A DNA stretch of 63,863 nucleotides, the filler included, from Phoronis australis (taxonomy: Eukaryota > Animalia > Phoronida), in the NCBI GenBank assembly GCA_002633005.1. It is 10 parts of 10 records of this genome, joined end to end, with 100 filler letters (N's around TTAATTAATTAA, not from the genome) between each part and the next. Parts side by side here need not be neighbours in the genome. Positions count along the whole stretch, not along the records: positions 25,405 to 28,790 come from NMRA01003049.1; positions 28,891 to 35,840 come from NMRA01002089.1; positions 35,941 to 43,710 come from NMRA01001983.1; 7 more parts are not named here. One strand, written 5' to 3'. Of the stretch, positions 26,761 to 40,981 are shown piece after piece. The translations under genes were made by a program, and so were the position numbers. The notes under the pieces were generated by a model that saw only the letters and a program-made list of their open reading frames with translations, was not told the origin of the DNA and did no database searches. Position 1 is the first letter of the stretch. Each line of letters opens with the position of its first letter.

Positions 26761-28364
26761 AAAAGTTCTCCGGAAATTATATTACAGCTCTGGGATAGGC
26801 TTTTTGCATTTCTGATTATCGTCTCACAAAGCAAGTACAGTGGAACATCACGTGTAGAAATGACAATTAGTCAAAATCTGGTTTTCGTATTTTACTAAGG
26901 TTGATCAGATTGAAACATTTTATGAATGGTTAGCCTGTGATTTGGAGAGAGCCAAAGTGAAACTGATGGATCATTCAGAGTCTGAGGGGTGAGCTGAAAT
27001 TTTGTTAAACCCAAGCTATCCGTATCATTTTGCTTCTCGATGACAAACACCTCTGTGAGTAATTTAGTTTTCAGCTTTATTTATAACGCACTTCTTTGGC
27101 GAAAAGTGCTGTTGTTTACTAGTGAATTAATAGGAACAGTGGGTACATAAAATAAAATTTTGGTTTTATCATCCAAGTCTTTTTAATTCAATTTTGTATG
27201 AAGCTATGTGGGTAGTGAATATTTTGATTGCTGTTCAGTACATCATAATTTTTTGTCATGATATTTTGAAATTTGACTAGTTATGAGTGATGATATACTC
27301 AATGTTACTTCATTTTGTAAGTTGTGAGCTATTCTACAGATTAGCAAGTGACTTGTAACTGTTGGTGAGTGGGAGAGTGGGATTGAGCCCTATACTGGCA
27401 TGTCTAAGAAATAATGGAATGTTCTAAAATTGTATTACGATTTTGTGGTTTTGATCAATTGCCTTGCTTTCTTATTCTCACTTGCGTAACACCCACTACA
27501 CAAAACAATTGTCTGCATTGCTAGTAGCCTGGTGCATGGAGTAGGGAACCCATACGAAATTGTTGGGTGGAGATGAAACCAGCAGTGAGCTGGGAGCAAC
27601 ATGTTTGTCAATGGTCAGGGGAGCAACCAAAAGTTGTGACGATGGGAGGGGCTCAACACCCATGTGGCATACATACCCATTGGTTTTTACCTGTTTAGCA
27701 CTCCTCCCGTGTAACCCCCTGGGAGGGGGTCAACACCCATTTAGCGCCCACCTGGTTTTTGCCTGGTACCTGCTTAGCTGGCACCTGGGAGGAATTCCCC
27801 TCTGAACTCACAGGAGCAATCATTCATGGAGGTATGAACTGTTATAAGGAACGATAATTGTTAAGAACTCAAACATGAAACAAAACCATGATGGATTTTG
27901 AAGGGAGCTTCAAGAGAACAAAAACAAAAACACTTTAATATTGATTAAAATACACATTTTCTTTCTCATTCTATTGTAAGTGGATGTTAGTTTATGTATT
28001 CTAACCATTTTCAATCACACAGTAGTTTTATTGCAAGTTGAATGCCATTAAAGTATGAATTTATCAGTGTTTACATTGTTCAGACTGCGATCCTAACTAA
28101 GTGTTGATTATTCACCGCTTGGGGCGCTGGTGTTTCGACCGGTAACCATTGCGGCGAATGGTAAAATAGCGGAGTGAACTCTCCTGTACTAGTACACTCC
28201 TTGTTCACACTCTGCTTGTATGCCCTCTACCCGCTGTTACCGTTTACTTTACTGCTTATTTCGCTTCCCCCCGTTCATTTCACCTATTACCTGATTACAA
28301 GACATACCGTCTCGAAATATAGCAGCTATATTAAATTATTTACTTGTTTGTACTTTATATCATA

Positions 28365-28507
28365 TCTCTTGGTGTTCTGCTTCATAACTGCACGCCTGAA
28401 GATAGGAGATTGCATCGATCGAGCATACATTAAGCCGTCTAACAAAAATTACACTAGTGCCTTCCACCAAGTTTGTATCAATGAAGGGCTGCTACCGCAC
28501 TGTACTG
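28365..28507 (+). mobile_element. Fragment resembling the N-terminus of a Penelope-like element ORF
   Basis: Frameshifted LGVLLHNCTPEDRRL..IEHTLSRLTK..FHQVCINEGLLPHCT resembles the FNxxCLxEGLLPKYT N-terminal motif of invertebrate PLE proteins. Confidence 0.4.
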
Positions 28508-31500
28508 AGTTGACATGTTGTGAATACCCCAGATGCGTTGTTTACACACACATTTAAGTGATGGCCTATTATGAACGGACTTGCATCAAGAAAGCGAATA
28601 CAAATGTATAATCATACAACATTGTCAACAATTTGACGGGCCTTGGACATTTTTCATGTTTAGAAAATGAAGGGGTCATTTTTGTACTCGAAACGTTTAC
28701 CAAGTTGTTTGTTTGGATTAATGGGTACCAGCCTGAAACGGCTGCTCTCACTGAATGTTCCCCGGGGAGTTTAGAACGATTATCATTAATNNNNNNNNNN
28801 NNNNNNNNNNNNNNNNNNNNNNNNNNNNNNNNNNTTAATTAATTAANNNNNNNNNNNNNNNNNNNNNNNNNNNNNNNNNNNNNNNNNNNNGCTATTTCAG
28901 ACAGGTTTGACATCATAGGAACAATGATATTTCTTTCAGCTTTTAAGCTGCTTAAAACACGTTACTATGCCGCCACTTTTTTAAACTATTGGCTCGCCCT
29001 TCTCAAAGGCGATCTTTTGCTGTTGCACTGGCAAAATCTGTCAACCTGCCTGCAAATAAATGCGTGCTTTTATTTCCTTCCACCACAATGTCTTTAAGAA
29101 ATTCGCAACTGAGGTGGCAGACAGAACCCATCACCATCAGAAACTTTGGTCTTGCTCCATTTGTGTGGAGCAGGGCAATTACCGCATTAGGATGACTCCC
29201 ATGGCAATAAAACAGTGAACGGGTGAACTCTCCTTAAAAATTGTTATGGTCGTTTGTTCCCGACGAAAAAAGCTACGATGGCATTGTTTCTGTTGTGCTT
29301 ACCAAGGGAAGTTTGTTTAATGTAAAGCCGGATACACAATTGGTTTATGACCTGTGATCGCCAAAAAGATTGAGAAAACGCTTTAACAATAAAAAAAAAA
29401 AAATTACCTGATCCTGGAAACTCCTTTCGTTTGGAGTTGAAAGTGCATGGGATGCATTTTTGACTATTCCATGAAACTACAAATGTCAGAAGAGAATGGA
29501 AAGCACGTAGGGACACATCTGTGAATTCGAGCAGGCACATTTGATAGTTGGACAATCCAAAAAAGGCGTTAGGTGTGTTTACCGTTTTCCTCCATGTGAC
29601 AAATGCCATGCAAACTCATGAAATATGATGTCGCTTTTGTAAAATGTATCAATGGTACATTTCTCGTTTGTGCATTCGACGTAAATTGGAACAATTACAT
29701 AAAATGTTACAACTTGTTGCATTTTAGGAGAGGCCTCGCAACGTAAAATGTAACAATGACGTGCTCTTAAAATCATGATAGCAACTATTTTAACATGTCT
29801 ATTGGCAATTTGCATTGCGAATGCACACCGGGAGATCGGAAATTGTACACACTGAGTTTGAGCGAGTATGAATCGAGCTATCCAACAGATAGTACAGTTT
29901 TGTTTAATGAAAAACTGCTTCCGAACTATACTGATATGCGTGTTGTGTGCGTGCGTGCGTGTTTGTGTATAACAACCGGATGGACCGCTATTTCCTGTAG
30001 GTGCAATTTACACATTTTCAGCCGACGGGAGTCTGCAGTGGCAATGCCATAGCGGCATGATATAGTATTACTTGTAGATTTTCTGTCGAATGCAGGGAGT
30101 TATCGGGAGGCAAATTGTTCTTGCACTTCTCGACTTCCTTCAGTGGGCTACGTGTAAAGCTCCACCGAAGAATACTACAATAGACTGTTATGCACCTTCA
30201 CAGAAATACGCAGCAAAATTGCAAAGCTTCTGCAATGATCGAGTAATGTAACCGCTGCAGTTTTTGGTAATATATGAATTCAACAATTGGCCTACACGTG
30301 TGCATTAAGGCACTTCCGTTTATTTGCATAAAACTCCAAGAGTACACCAAGAACATCTTTATGATTGGTTTCCTCCACACCCTTCATTGGAATGCTGTGC
30401 GAGCACAAACTGGCATGTTCTGGTTACTTAAGATTGTTTTTAAAGATGGGTTGGTGAATTACCGGTGGGATTTATTGAGCGGGAAAGCTTATGCCGACTA
30501 TAAGACTTCATGGTGTTTGAAGATTGAAAGGGAAGCCATGGAAAAAATTTTGATGGCAAAAAGATGTAGATGTAAGTGGATCTACTTAGATTTTCTTCAT
30601 CCTGAATATTCCTGTCGGCTTTAATAGCGCCGAATAATAACTTAACGCAGGCCACGCCATTTCGCCGTAGACCCACCTTTATTTAAGATGGCTGCAAAAC
30701 TAACGCCATCGAAGAATCTATAGAATTACTGTTAACACCTGAATAATATCAATAAGCTCCCCTGTTGATAATAGCAGGAAGAGCTCTTCCTGATAATAGG
30801 TATATTGTTATACCAAAGACCTTGCGTTTGTCTCCGAAAATAATCGATAACATACAACTCAGAGGGACAAAAACGGTAAATTTAGACATAATTTTACAAA
30901 CTGACACCTTTAAAAGTTACCTTCTGTAAAAATTACCGTTTAGACATATAACCATAAACAAATTGTGCGGAAACGACTCGTCAGTTTTGTTTCTCGATAA
31001 CTGTTTTTATATCTTGTAAGCTGTAGTCCCGATTTTGGTCATTTTCACACAATCGCACTATTATGACGACAAATCCAACGCCAAATCCCACCTACTGTCA
31101 CTTGGAATATCTGAACACCGAGCACTAGAAACTATGATGGTTCTGAAAAGGTATATATATGTCCTTAATAAGTCCTCAGAGGTATCGCTGAGGGCTGTCT
31201 TCAACTGCTTCATCGAATAATGCAACTTAAAAAATGTCAGTAACGATTGCGACGGGCGTGTTTTTATCGTTGGAACGTGTATTGATCACAAACAATGAAT
31301 GTCTCATCAAGCAACTGGTGTGAAAATAATGCCGCTACTTCCCGTCATTCTACAGCTGACGTGTGGAGTGATCAGTAAACAGCTGTGTTACCTTGGAGCC
31401 TTCTGAGCCTTGAACTGTTTTTCTTTCACAAGGTAGTGTTATTACGTAGCAATTTACCCAAATTGTTTTCACATTAACGTAATTTTTGAGCAGCGAACTG

Positions 31501-32228
31501 GATTTCTGATCGTAAGCTCCTGGTTTACCGTCGTGTCTTTGTTAACAGCGAAGATTTCCGGTAAAGAACCCTGGACGTCTTCGATTCCTTCAAGTTGGAT
31601 TTTCCCCGAAAACCTAAGAAAGACATCAATATCTTGAAGGAAAATCGAATGTCAGGATTTTACATTTAAATTTTTTGTTATTCATCGACCGCTTAAGTTA
31701 GAAATCTTGTCGCCACTTCGGTTTCTAAAATGCTGTGATATAATGTTGCTAAAAAGAAAAGCTGTAGCGGACGTCTATTATGTAAGCTTTTGTAATATAT
31801 TCTGCTAATGAGAAGTTAGTGTTATGTGCAGAAAACGCCTGAACTACATGTTATTTTTTAAAATTCAGTTGTGAGCAATTGAAACACAGTTGAGAGAATT
31901 TTAGGTAACCTATTTGACTCCCCCTTTCAATCTGTTACTATAGAAAAAATAAAGAGAGGTCTCCACCTCGCTTTCAGAAGGCGATTGTACACCCTGTTGA
32001 TGTCTGCTGGAATTACGGTGTGCGACAAAGTTAGATTTTTTTAGAGCTTTGAGGATTCATCTGTTTGAAATCGTGAAATTATCTACTCACCAGCTTTCCG
32101 GCCAAATTAAAGGCACTTTATTCATTTTTACATAGCAGTGGGTTCTGAACAATTGCAGTATAATTGTTTACTATGGCAACGACCATATGCACGTAATAGA
32201 AGAATCTTCGTGTCTATGGTAACGAAGC

Positions 32229-33245
32229 ATGTATGACCTTACGTCGTCAGTACACCAACTATTTGTTTTTACTGAAATACGCGAGTGTGTGGTGTATCGT
32301 GATGGTATGGATATGACTACTAAAAATTTATGGATAATCAAAACGTCATTTCTTTTTGTCGGTTTCCTTGTATACGTTTTCCTGTTTTTCTGGTTAATGA
32401 AGAATCTTGGGAAAAAGGGAAAAACACGAATAGTTCAAGCATTGCTGATTCAGTCTACTTGTTTCATTTTCGTGCGTTACGCCGTGGTTGTCCGAACAGT
32501 AATTTTAGAAACCGGGATCTCGAAGAACAGCAGCTTCACCATAGATGTGACACTGCAAGTCACGTGTGATTTGAAAATGTACTCCAACGTGGTCATCATG
32601 TCGTCATTCGCTGTCCTGTGTCACCAGTTATACAATGCTATTGACAGTCCTTTCTTGTTTAACGCTAACCAAATCAAACTACGCTATGTGATTAAATGGA
32701 TTTGCTTTCCTCTCATCTACGGACTTTTGATCATCAGTAGTCGTCACCTGCTAGTTGTGTTCCGAGACTATGAAAACTTTCGCGTTCTGTCGTTGTACGA
32801 CAATCCAGTTGCTTGTGTGTGTACTTTTAGGTTAGTTCAAGGCGTCTCTTTATTTTTAGGTGCCGTGGTGCCTTTACTTGCATGCACTGTATACGCTATA
32901 AAAATTTTCAAGCGGAAATTCATCGTTGGGCCATTCAACACTGGTCAAGGTGAGCGAATTCGAAAGAAAATGCTTCTTCTCTTCAAACGATTGATGCCAA
33001 TATTTACTGCAATATTTTTATCTACCTCAGTCAACAGCTTGCTATTGACACAAGAACAAGTTACTAGAGACGTTGTTAATATTGCCAACGAAATGATATT
33101 TTGGATTTTACCCGCGTATATGTTGGCCAACCCGTGTAAGAAGCAACTAATTCACCACATTGGAAGAATAAGAAGCTGGCTGTCAAGACTTAACAGCAGC
33201 GTCACCGCCATTAACGAAGCAGAGGAGGATCCTGCACGTGAATGA
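32229..33245 (+). CDS. Single-exon seven-transmembrane protein, divergent rhodopsin-class GPCR-like (start may be Met27 at 32307)
   Basis: Intact 338-aa ORF with seven hydrophobic segments. It has a Cys at the top of TM3, HQLYNAIDSP where DRYxAIxxP is expected, a Pro in TM5 (VVPLL), a basic third intracellular loop, and a helix-8-like segment after TM7. Confidence 0.75.
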   Translation: MYDLTSSVHQLFVFTEIRECVVYRDGMDMTTKNLWIIKTSFLFVGFLVYVFLFFWLMKNLGKKGKTRIVQALLIQSTCFIFVRYAVVVRTVILETGISKNSSFTIDVTLQVTCDLKMYSNVVIMSSFAVLCHQLYNAIDSPFLFNANQIKLRYVIKWICFPLIYGLLIISSRHLLVVFRDYENFRVLSLYDNPVACVCTFRLVQGVSLFLGAVVPLLACTVYAIKIFKRKFIVGPFNTGQGERIRKKMLLLFKRLMPIFTAIFLSTSVNSLLLTQEQVTRDVVNIANEMIFWILPAYMLANPCKKQLIHHIGRIRSWLSRLNSSVTAINEAEEDPARE

Positions 33246-35452
33246 CCTGCCCACGGAAACTCGAAGAACCTGTCTTGGACTTCTTTATGACTGGGTTACT
33301 TATCGCACAGTAACATACATATAAAGTGGTACGCACAGTGCTCACCAGCTTTATTGTTGATTTTGGTCTGTGTTGTTTTTCAATTTATGCATGGTGTGAT
33401 ATTTGTTTTTAATCGTACGCATTTCCAAAAACAAAATCCACATGAAACGAGCGACCTTGGTCCGGGTTTCTTTATTTTTTGTCGTCTCAAACCAGCGACA
33501 GTGATGCACTAATGACCGCCTGTGCTCGCTGACGCCAACCGTAGTGTGATTCTGGCTGACTTGGCAGCCAGGGCTTTTAAATTTCTCTGTCCGCTTCGTT
33601 TTAATTTAAAAATCCATAAAACGAATTTTAATGCAAGGCAGCTCCGTCGGAACACAAGCCTAAATAATGCTCATTCAACACAAATCCAAAAATTTACAAA
33701 CTTGACTGAATTTAATACGATTTTTTAGTTTAATTTCAAATAATTTATTTTTGGTGGTACACCTATAATGGCCGTCGCAGTGAGTGACACTTGACTCATG
33801 AATTATGGGTACTCACTCAACTACCGCCAAATGTAATGAGGTTTCCTTGGAAATTCCATGCACTTAAAAATGATAGTAAAATAAGGCAAACACAAACAGT
33901 GCCCAAAGTTACGATATATTTATATTTTAGGGGCATCTTTCGAGTGACAAGTCTCCTCCTGTTTTCTAAATTGGTGAGTGTAAAGGAAAGAGAACCTTTA
34001 AAGTTTATTGGTGTTGGCCTACCATAAAATTGCGAATTCGAAAATGTCACATGCTGGCGTTGTCTGTGACCTGAGGTGATAACGGAAATACGATCCTTGA
34101 AAAAAACACTCGAATCCTCTGTATTGAACGCGACAAACAGCGTCTCCAGTTCCCTGTAATCAATCAGCAGGCACCGGATTTTCGCATTTTGGACTTGTTC
34201 AGTTGAGTGGTTTCTCTCGGATGTACAGTTGTCTTTGTTTCTATGATGGAGTCCTTTGCCTACATGAACTTTTCGTTGTGTTCACCCTTTTATGCATCTT
34301 CCCTGAAGATGTTTCATGAGAGACGAAGTACCGGACAATTGTACTGTGTATAGCTTCTCGTTATATAATACGAATATGAAGACTCTAATTTTGTCTTTTT
34401 GTGGTTTCCTTACTGACACGTGACGCGAGATCAGCCTGCCTACTAAGGCCATTAAAAACAAACGAAACGTCGTGTTTAACCAAACCTGTCTAAAATATAA
34501 TGTATATAGATACTTTCTATAACGCATCGCGAATCATTCTATACAAAACCCGGAAGCCTTAGATAATGATATTGTCTTATTTATTTTTGAAAACCCTGTT
34601 TACAGCAAAAACTGTACTTCATTAACCCACCAACTGGTAACAGAGGAGGGCAAAAAATATGATTTGGCAATTCAAAAAAACAACAAAAATATTGAACTTA
34701 TCACATGTAGAGTGAACATCCTTATCATTCCAACTCTTATAAAAATCGACTCTCTATCAACCGAGTTGTGCCACTGTCAACGAGTACTTACTTTTTTCTA
34801 TTTCTTTCAACTTATCGAAAATAAGACGCCATTCAAAATCTCCATCCAAAACAACTTTTTCGATTGATCTACTTATTTGTAAAGAACGCGTTTCATTTCA
34901 TAAAGAATTCATCGACACTAAAAACTAGGGCACGAATTGTATTTGATTTGTTGAAATTGCCACACCCGCACCACATTTTCCGTGAGATTTAAAAACGAAC
35001 ATGGGTCATCGTGTGGTTTGTATAGTTTTAAATAAGTCGGTGTTTCTATTACGTCAAATTCAATGTGGGTTACAAATTTATTGGCAAATTCTTTTTTAAT
35101 TGACTTGTCCTCATCTCTACTCAGCATTCTCACTAACAAATGATCGCACGTTCTCACTGAAGTGCAAAACCCGTTTTATGTCCTGCAGTCCCGTATGTTC
35201 ATTTGCATATACTGAACGTATATTTGCTGAGTGTTAACACTTTTAAGAGTTAACGACAGAAATCAGCAAACATAAACATTCTGAGTGATAAGGCTTTTGA
35301 AGTGATGCAAATCCGAATTCTCTCACAGAAACCAACTTCTGGATGAATCATACCCCTTACCGTAACGAGTTTGAAATTTTCCCTTGTTTAGCTTTGGGGT
35401 GGTTGACTTTCTAAACCGTTCTGAGGTGGTGGCGTGTTTTCTCTTGGTCTAA

Positions 35453-35494
35453 CACCTGACGATGGCCGGAAAATACACCGACCAAAACGTCGTG
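35453..35494 (+). ncRNA. Degenerate minimal (Penelope-type) hammerhead ribozyme motif
   Basis: cac-CTGACGA-t-ggccgg(aaaataca)ccgacc-AAA-ACGT-C-gtg. Helix I is cac/gtg and helix III is the palindrome ACGT, but the catalytic G12 is replaced by A. Confidence 0.6.
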
Positions 35495-38400
35495 ACAATG
35501 TAAATAGACAAGAGGTCGGTGTAAATAGACCAAGAGATTTTAATAATAGTTGTTAGGGTTGGTTTCAAGTCATCGAAAGGACCGACAGTTTGTTATTGGT
35601 TGAGACCACGCTCTACAAGTTGACATGTCACGTCGCTTCATTTCATGATCTGAACATGGCCTTGACAAAAATAACAAACTACCAGTTAGTTTCAAAGCCG
35701 GAAATCACTTCTCATCTGGGTTAGAAACACGTTCAATTTTATTTTGCAGCGGTAAGTATTATAAATCAAAACGACAGAACACGGATTTTAGCTGCCCGCT
35801 CTGAAGTACCTGGATCCGGTAAATAAGACGTCTAAAATTCNNNNNNNNNNNNNNNNNNNNNNNNNNNNNNNNNNNNNNNNNNNNTTAATTAATTAANNNN
35901 NNNNNNNNNNNNNNNNNNNNNNNNNNNNNNNNNNNNNNNNCACGATAGATGGGTATGTGTTTGTAGGCCGGCAGGCAGATAGACGGACAGAGGAGTCATT
36001 TTTATAAAATTCACCTAAATGTGACAGTCTCTTTGTCAGTTTCAATGAAATTCATCTATCACTTTTCTAGATATGTTACATTTGTTGACTTTTCCTGTGC
36101 ATTTGGCAGAATACCACATAACTTGCTTCAACAGCCTCGCTTGCAAAAAATGGCACTGAAGGAAATAAATTAAATTTGTTAAAAACAGGTATTATTAGTT
36201 AGGGTCATGTGTTAGGACGGGAGATGGGTTAACTGACATGTTTTATCGTAACATTGAAACTCGTCGGAGTTGTATTCCAAGTCCATATCTTTTTAAGATA
36301 TACTTTAACGAATTCTATGAATGTATCAGTATAATGCATATGGGAGGTGTATTTATTAAATGACCACGTGTCAGATCTCTGTCTGCTTTTATATGCCCAC
36401 AGTACAGTTGGCTGTGCAAGTACTGCAATAAGACTCCAGCGTTACACTAACGCTTTGTATAGTTACTGTACTGAAAACAGTGGGGAATGAAAGTTACTAC
36501 CGGACTAAAAACAAAAATCATGGATTTTGGAAAGGCGGTCCTTTGCCATCTTTTTGGAAGAGAGCAGAGTGAGGTGATATTTTGTTACGAATATCTTGGT
36601 ATCTGTTTCACTCCTAAATTGGTTTGAACAGCCAGTCTTAACAGACAACAAAAGCATACTATGGTAGTTTCTGATGACACATCTTAATCCTTTATGTGAT
36701 GGACTACTAGTATCTGATGACAATTTCATGTGAAACATTTGACAAGATGGTATATTCAATTACAAGTTAAGGAGCACAGGTTTGGGAGCTTCAACCATTT
36801 CGAAAGAATTAAAAAGGTGCATTTTTCAAGAAATTGATTGGAGTCGAAAAGTATTGTAATAATTGTGCTGTGTAAGGGGAATCCGGATGTTTTCATCTAT
36901 TTGCCAAACTTTCTGTTAAAGTTACTAAATACTGGCTGAGAATATTAAAGATGCCAGTCAAGCATTATCCAAATTCAGTTTTTAAAATGTTGGTAAATTT
37001 GGGTCACTGCCAAGTGAGATATAACAGATTTAGCCTTGAGAGTTGAGGTAATGCGGAACAATTCAAACCAGCTTCCGTAGCCAAACGTTAGGCAACAGCG
37101 TTGTCATCAAATTGATCGCATGGTAGCGGGTACTGATACATACTACAGTAGTAAGGTGACGTTCGAGGTAGATAGAGAAATGGCAAGTTTTTCTTCCCGT
37201 GCGTGCTACGATTTTTTAATGTGACAATTTGAGATCAATTAAACATGATAATTTACATAAAACAAATTTCTAATTCGACTAGTGATTATTCGAGCACAAC
37301 ATTAGTAAATATCATCAAGGACACTGCCCTATAATTGTTGACAATAGCAGTGGCCCCTGGTGATAACTTTGATGAGGGCGAAGATGACCGTTCATACAGT
37401 ACCGCAGCATCAATGCTCCACTGTTAAATAAACTTGTTTAATGCAAAGTTACTGAGCTGTTACAACTTTGATCCAGGACAGAAGTTAACAGTTCAAACTG
37501 ATCGCAACTCCCCAAAATATCAACGCGTGGAAAGGGCCATAAAAGTGCAAAACAGCACGATGCAGATAACATGCCATGATAGAGATACTATGCAGTTTGA
37601 GTGATTAGCTGAATTCCACACACAAAAAAACAAACCCATGACCTAAGATGATTTCACAATAATGAACAATACATCATACTTTATTAGGTTTAGGGTAAAC
37701 ACTTACTTATCATCAAGGATTGCATTTTTCGCTCACCATCAACTTGGATATTAATAATGACAAGGCTAACAAACTGCACAGGGACTGTTTGCCAACACTT
37801 CACTTCAATATCCCATCACCATGGTAACACAAATTGCTGATAGCAAGAAGTAAATGATTGCCTGTGCTTTCAATAACCACAGCCTATTACATGCGCTTTG
37901 GCACACATGCTTAAAAAAACTGTTTGAAACATGACAAATGACATTCAGTGCAAACTGCGAAGCAGACTTGCATCAGCACGATGGTGGTTTCTCACACCAA
38001 TGTTAAGCATTTCCTCCTTTCCACAAGGTCTGACCGTAAAAGATTTTTATCACAAATTGACGAAAAAACATTTGCTTTGTAATAGTGCTTCCTGCTCTCA
38101 TAGAAATCCCGCATGCAACAATGACTCAGTCAATGAATACAGAATCCAACCTTCCGGGAAGGAGTTTCCAACAATTAGATAAGGTAGCTGTCAACACTGT
38201 TTCACTTTTTGTGCTTGACACAGTAAGATGCCACTTCACTAGCTCAAAACAGTCCGGAAGGAATGACCCCCTTGGAACACACCAACTGCATGTGTACTCC
38301 CCCACACATACTAGGATTAGATGTATTCACTCCTCCTGTGTGACCTGTGATACATCTGGGGAAACCATTACAAGCAGAAATCACTCAGCAGCAAATAACA

Positions 38401-40981
38401 AGAAATTCTATCAACAACAGTTTGTTACTAAACCATTAGCTTATTTAGGTCCTTATCACTTGCTGTGGGATCATGACTGGAATGAAAACAAGTTGAAAAT
38501 AGTTCTCAATAGAAAGGTGTTAATTGCATAGACTTAAAGGGGTACTCCTTGGCGTGTTGGTTGGATAAAACTGACTCATCCTGAACAATCAATCGATAGC
38601 GTGCATCTCTCAAACTCTGAACAGCTACTGAGTAGCACGCATCTAGGCCCAGGCGCCTACATCTGAAATAATGCATTTTTAGCGTTTTATCTGTAGGTGT
38701 ATGTGTCTAGGTTTATAGGCACAGATGGGTATCCTTTGTGCTGGCATAGACTATGCTGTGGATACAGGCACACCCATTGTCTTTGACAAAAGTGCATAGT
38801 CTGGCCAATGCGATACATCTAATCTTTACCAATTTCCTAGATTGTAAAGATCAGTTTCTGTTAGGCTCACTTATGAAGTCTTAAGTAGCTGCTACAGATA
38901 ACAGGCAACAGTCCACCTCAGTGACTTAGTGCACTTGTTTTCATATTCATTAAGGATGAACAAATCTATGCATTATTAATGAATCAGACCTGAATAGTTC
39001 ATAATGTTTCGAAGGAAATTAAATAAATGTTTAATAGACATGAACCAGCTGAATTTCAACCTATTAAGCTGGCTAAAAACGAAAACCAAACAAGGCCCTT
39101 CAGTCATAAGAACTGGTCTCTTAATATTCTTTACTGTGATAGAATTCTACTTCTCTTCTCCGTTACCACTAAGACCATCAAAACCAATAGCGACTCAAAA
39201 AACACTCAAGTTTGTTGGGGTTGGTCAACCATACAATTACGGATTTGAAAACAGTGCATGTACACATTAACTGTGACTTGAGTTACTGGCCTATTTAGTA
39301 ATAATTCAAGATCGGATGAGCGTAATGTTTTTAAATCCCTAAGCATTTCAATAGAGAATTCATCAGCTTAACAGCAGCGACATTCAACTTTAATTTCGAC
39401 TGGTAAAACCACTGAAAACAGTTTTCAACTGAAAAACATACTTTAAGTGTATAAACAAACAGTAAGTTGCAAACTAAAGAAATGTTTATGCAGTCCCTCT
39501 AGGCATATCACGCGAGACTTCATTCACAAAATTCTTCACTACATACCCACGCCCAACAGCTGAGAATACAATATAAAACAAATAGGGTGCGTCTATACCC
39601 AAGCACCACTTACAAGCACATTTTTACTCAAATGGTTCACATTTGGGTGCACCTAATTCCAGATATAGGCACAGCTTCGCATATAGACACAGCTTCGAAT
39701 AGGCACATGGGATGTTCTACTGCAGCGACATTGGTTCAAATGATATTCTGTGAGTCCACTTGGATCATACTTCAATAGTCTAAACTGGAGATTTTTCATA
39801 AAAAAGTCCTATTTTTGATAGCCCTCATGCAAAAGTGAATCAATTTGAAAACCAATTCCTTACGACACTTTGAAGAACAGTGCATTGCAGCATACGGTGT
39901 GAAAGTTTCATTTATGTTCTAAGCCAAATTAGGAATTTTTTCTCGGGTTATACATGTTACATAAGATGGCATTTCTTTCTCAAGGTATTTCCTAACCAAT
40001 GGACGCCACAAAACGTGTAATGTTTCACTTAATATCTGACACAAAAGCAATAAATAACATTGTTATTTACCTATTTTTCAAAGGCCGATTATCTAGCAGC
40101 AAATAATGGAAACTTTACCAAATGTTGTTTTATGGCATCTAAACTGTAAAAACCAACTAGCTAATACTAGATCAGTATTTTCTTAATCTTTGTTTTTATC
40201 AGAAATTGTTGAATTGTTAGTTTAGCTTGTTAACTGTTATGAGACCATTTAACATTTAATGATGTATTCTCAGTCAGACAGTGCAGTCTCTAAGTATGTC
40301 TAAAGCCACTTTGTTGGTATTTCAGGAAATTCTGTATACTTATTATCAGATTAGATCATCTCATTAACTTTCATACACATCCAAGAAGTAATCTACTTAT
40401 CTGCACTTTATTAAATGCTCCTGGGCCATTGTTGTGAATTCCTCTATTGTATACTCTGATTTGTCAACAACTTTCTATATGCTGATAGGTTTGGTTCCCT
40501 TATNNNNNNNNNNNNNNNNNNNNNNNNNNNNNNNNNNNNNNNNNNNNNNNNNNNNNNNNNNNNNNNNNNNNNNNNNNNNNNNNNNNNNNNNNNNNNNNNN
40601 NNNNNNNNNNNNNNNNNNNNNNNNNNNNNNNNNNNNNNNNNNNNNNNNNNNNNNNNNNNNNNNNNNNNNNNNNNNNNNNNNNNNNNNNNNNNNNNNNNNN
40701 NNNNNNNNNNNNNNNNNNNNNNNNNNNNNNNNNNNNNNNNNNNNNNNNNNNNNNNNNNNNNNNNNNNNNNNNNNNNNNNNNNNNNNNNNNNNNNNNNNNN
40801 NNNNNNNNNNNNNNNNNNNNNNNNNNNNNNNNNNNNNNNNNNNNNNNNNNNNNNNNNNNNNNNNNNNNNNNNNNNNNNNNNNNNNNNNNNNNNNNNNNNN
40901 NNNNNNNNNNNNNNNNNNNNNNNNNNNNNNNNNNNNNNNNNNNNNNNNNNNNNNNNNNNNNNNNNNNNNNNNNNNNNNNNN

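Noticed and set aside
29774-29854. Signal-peptide-like mini-ORF MIATILTCLLAICIANA
   Set aside because: It stops after 26 codons with no convincing donor site.
30100-30800. Decayed minus-strand paralog of the 7TM gene (AIKIF match, hydrophobic stretches)
   Set aside because: Similarity is limited to a few residues among many stops; it cannot be supported without an alignment.
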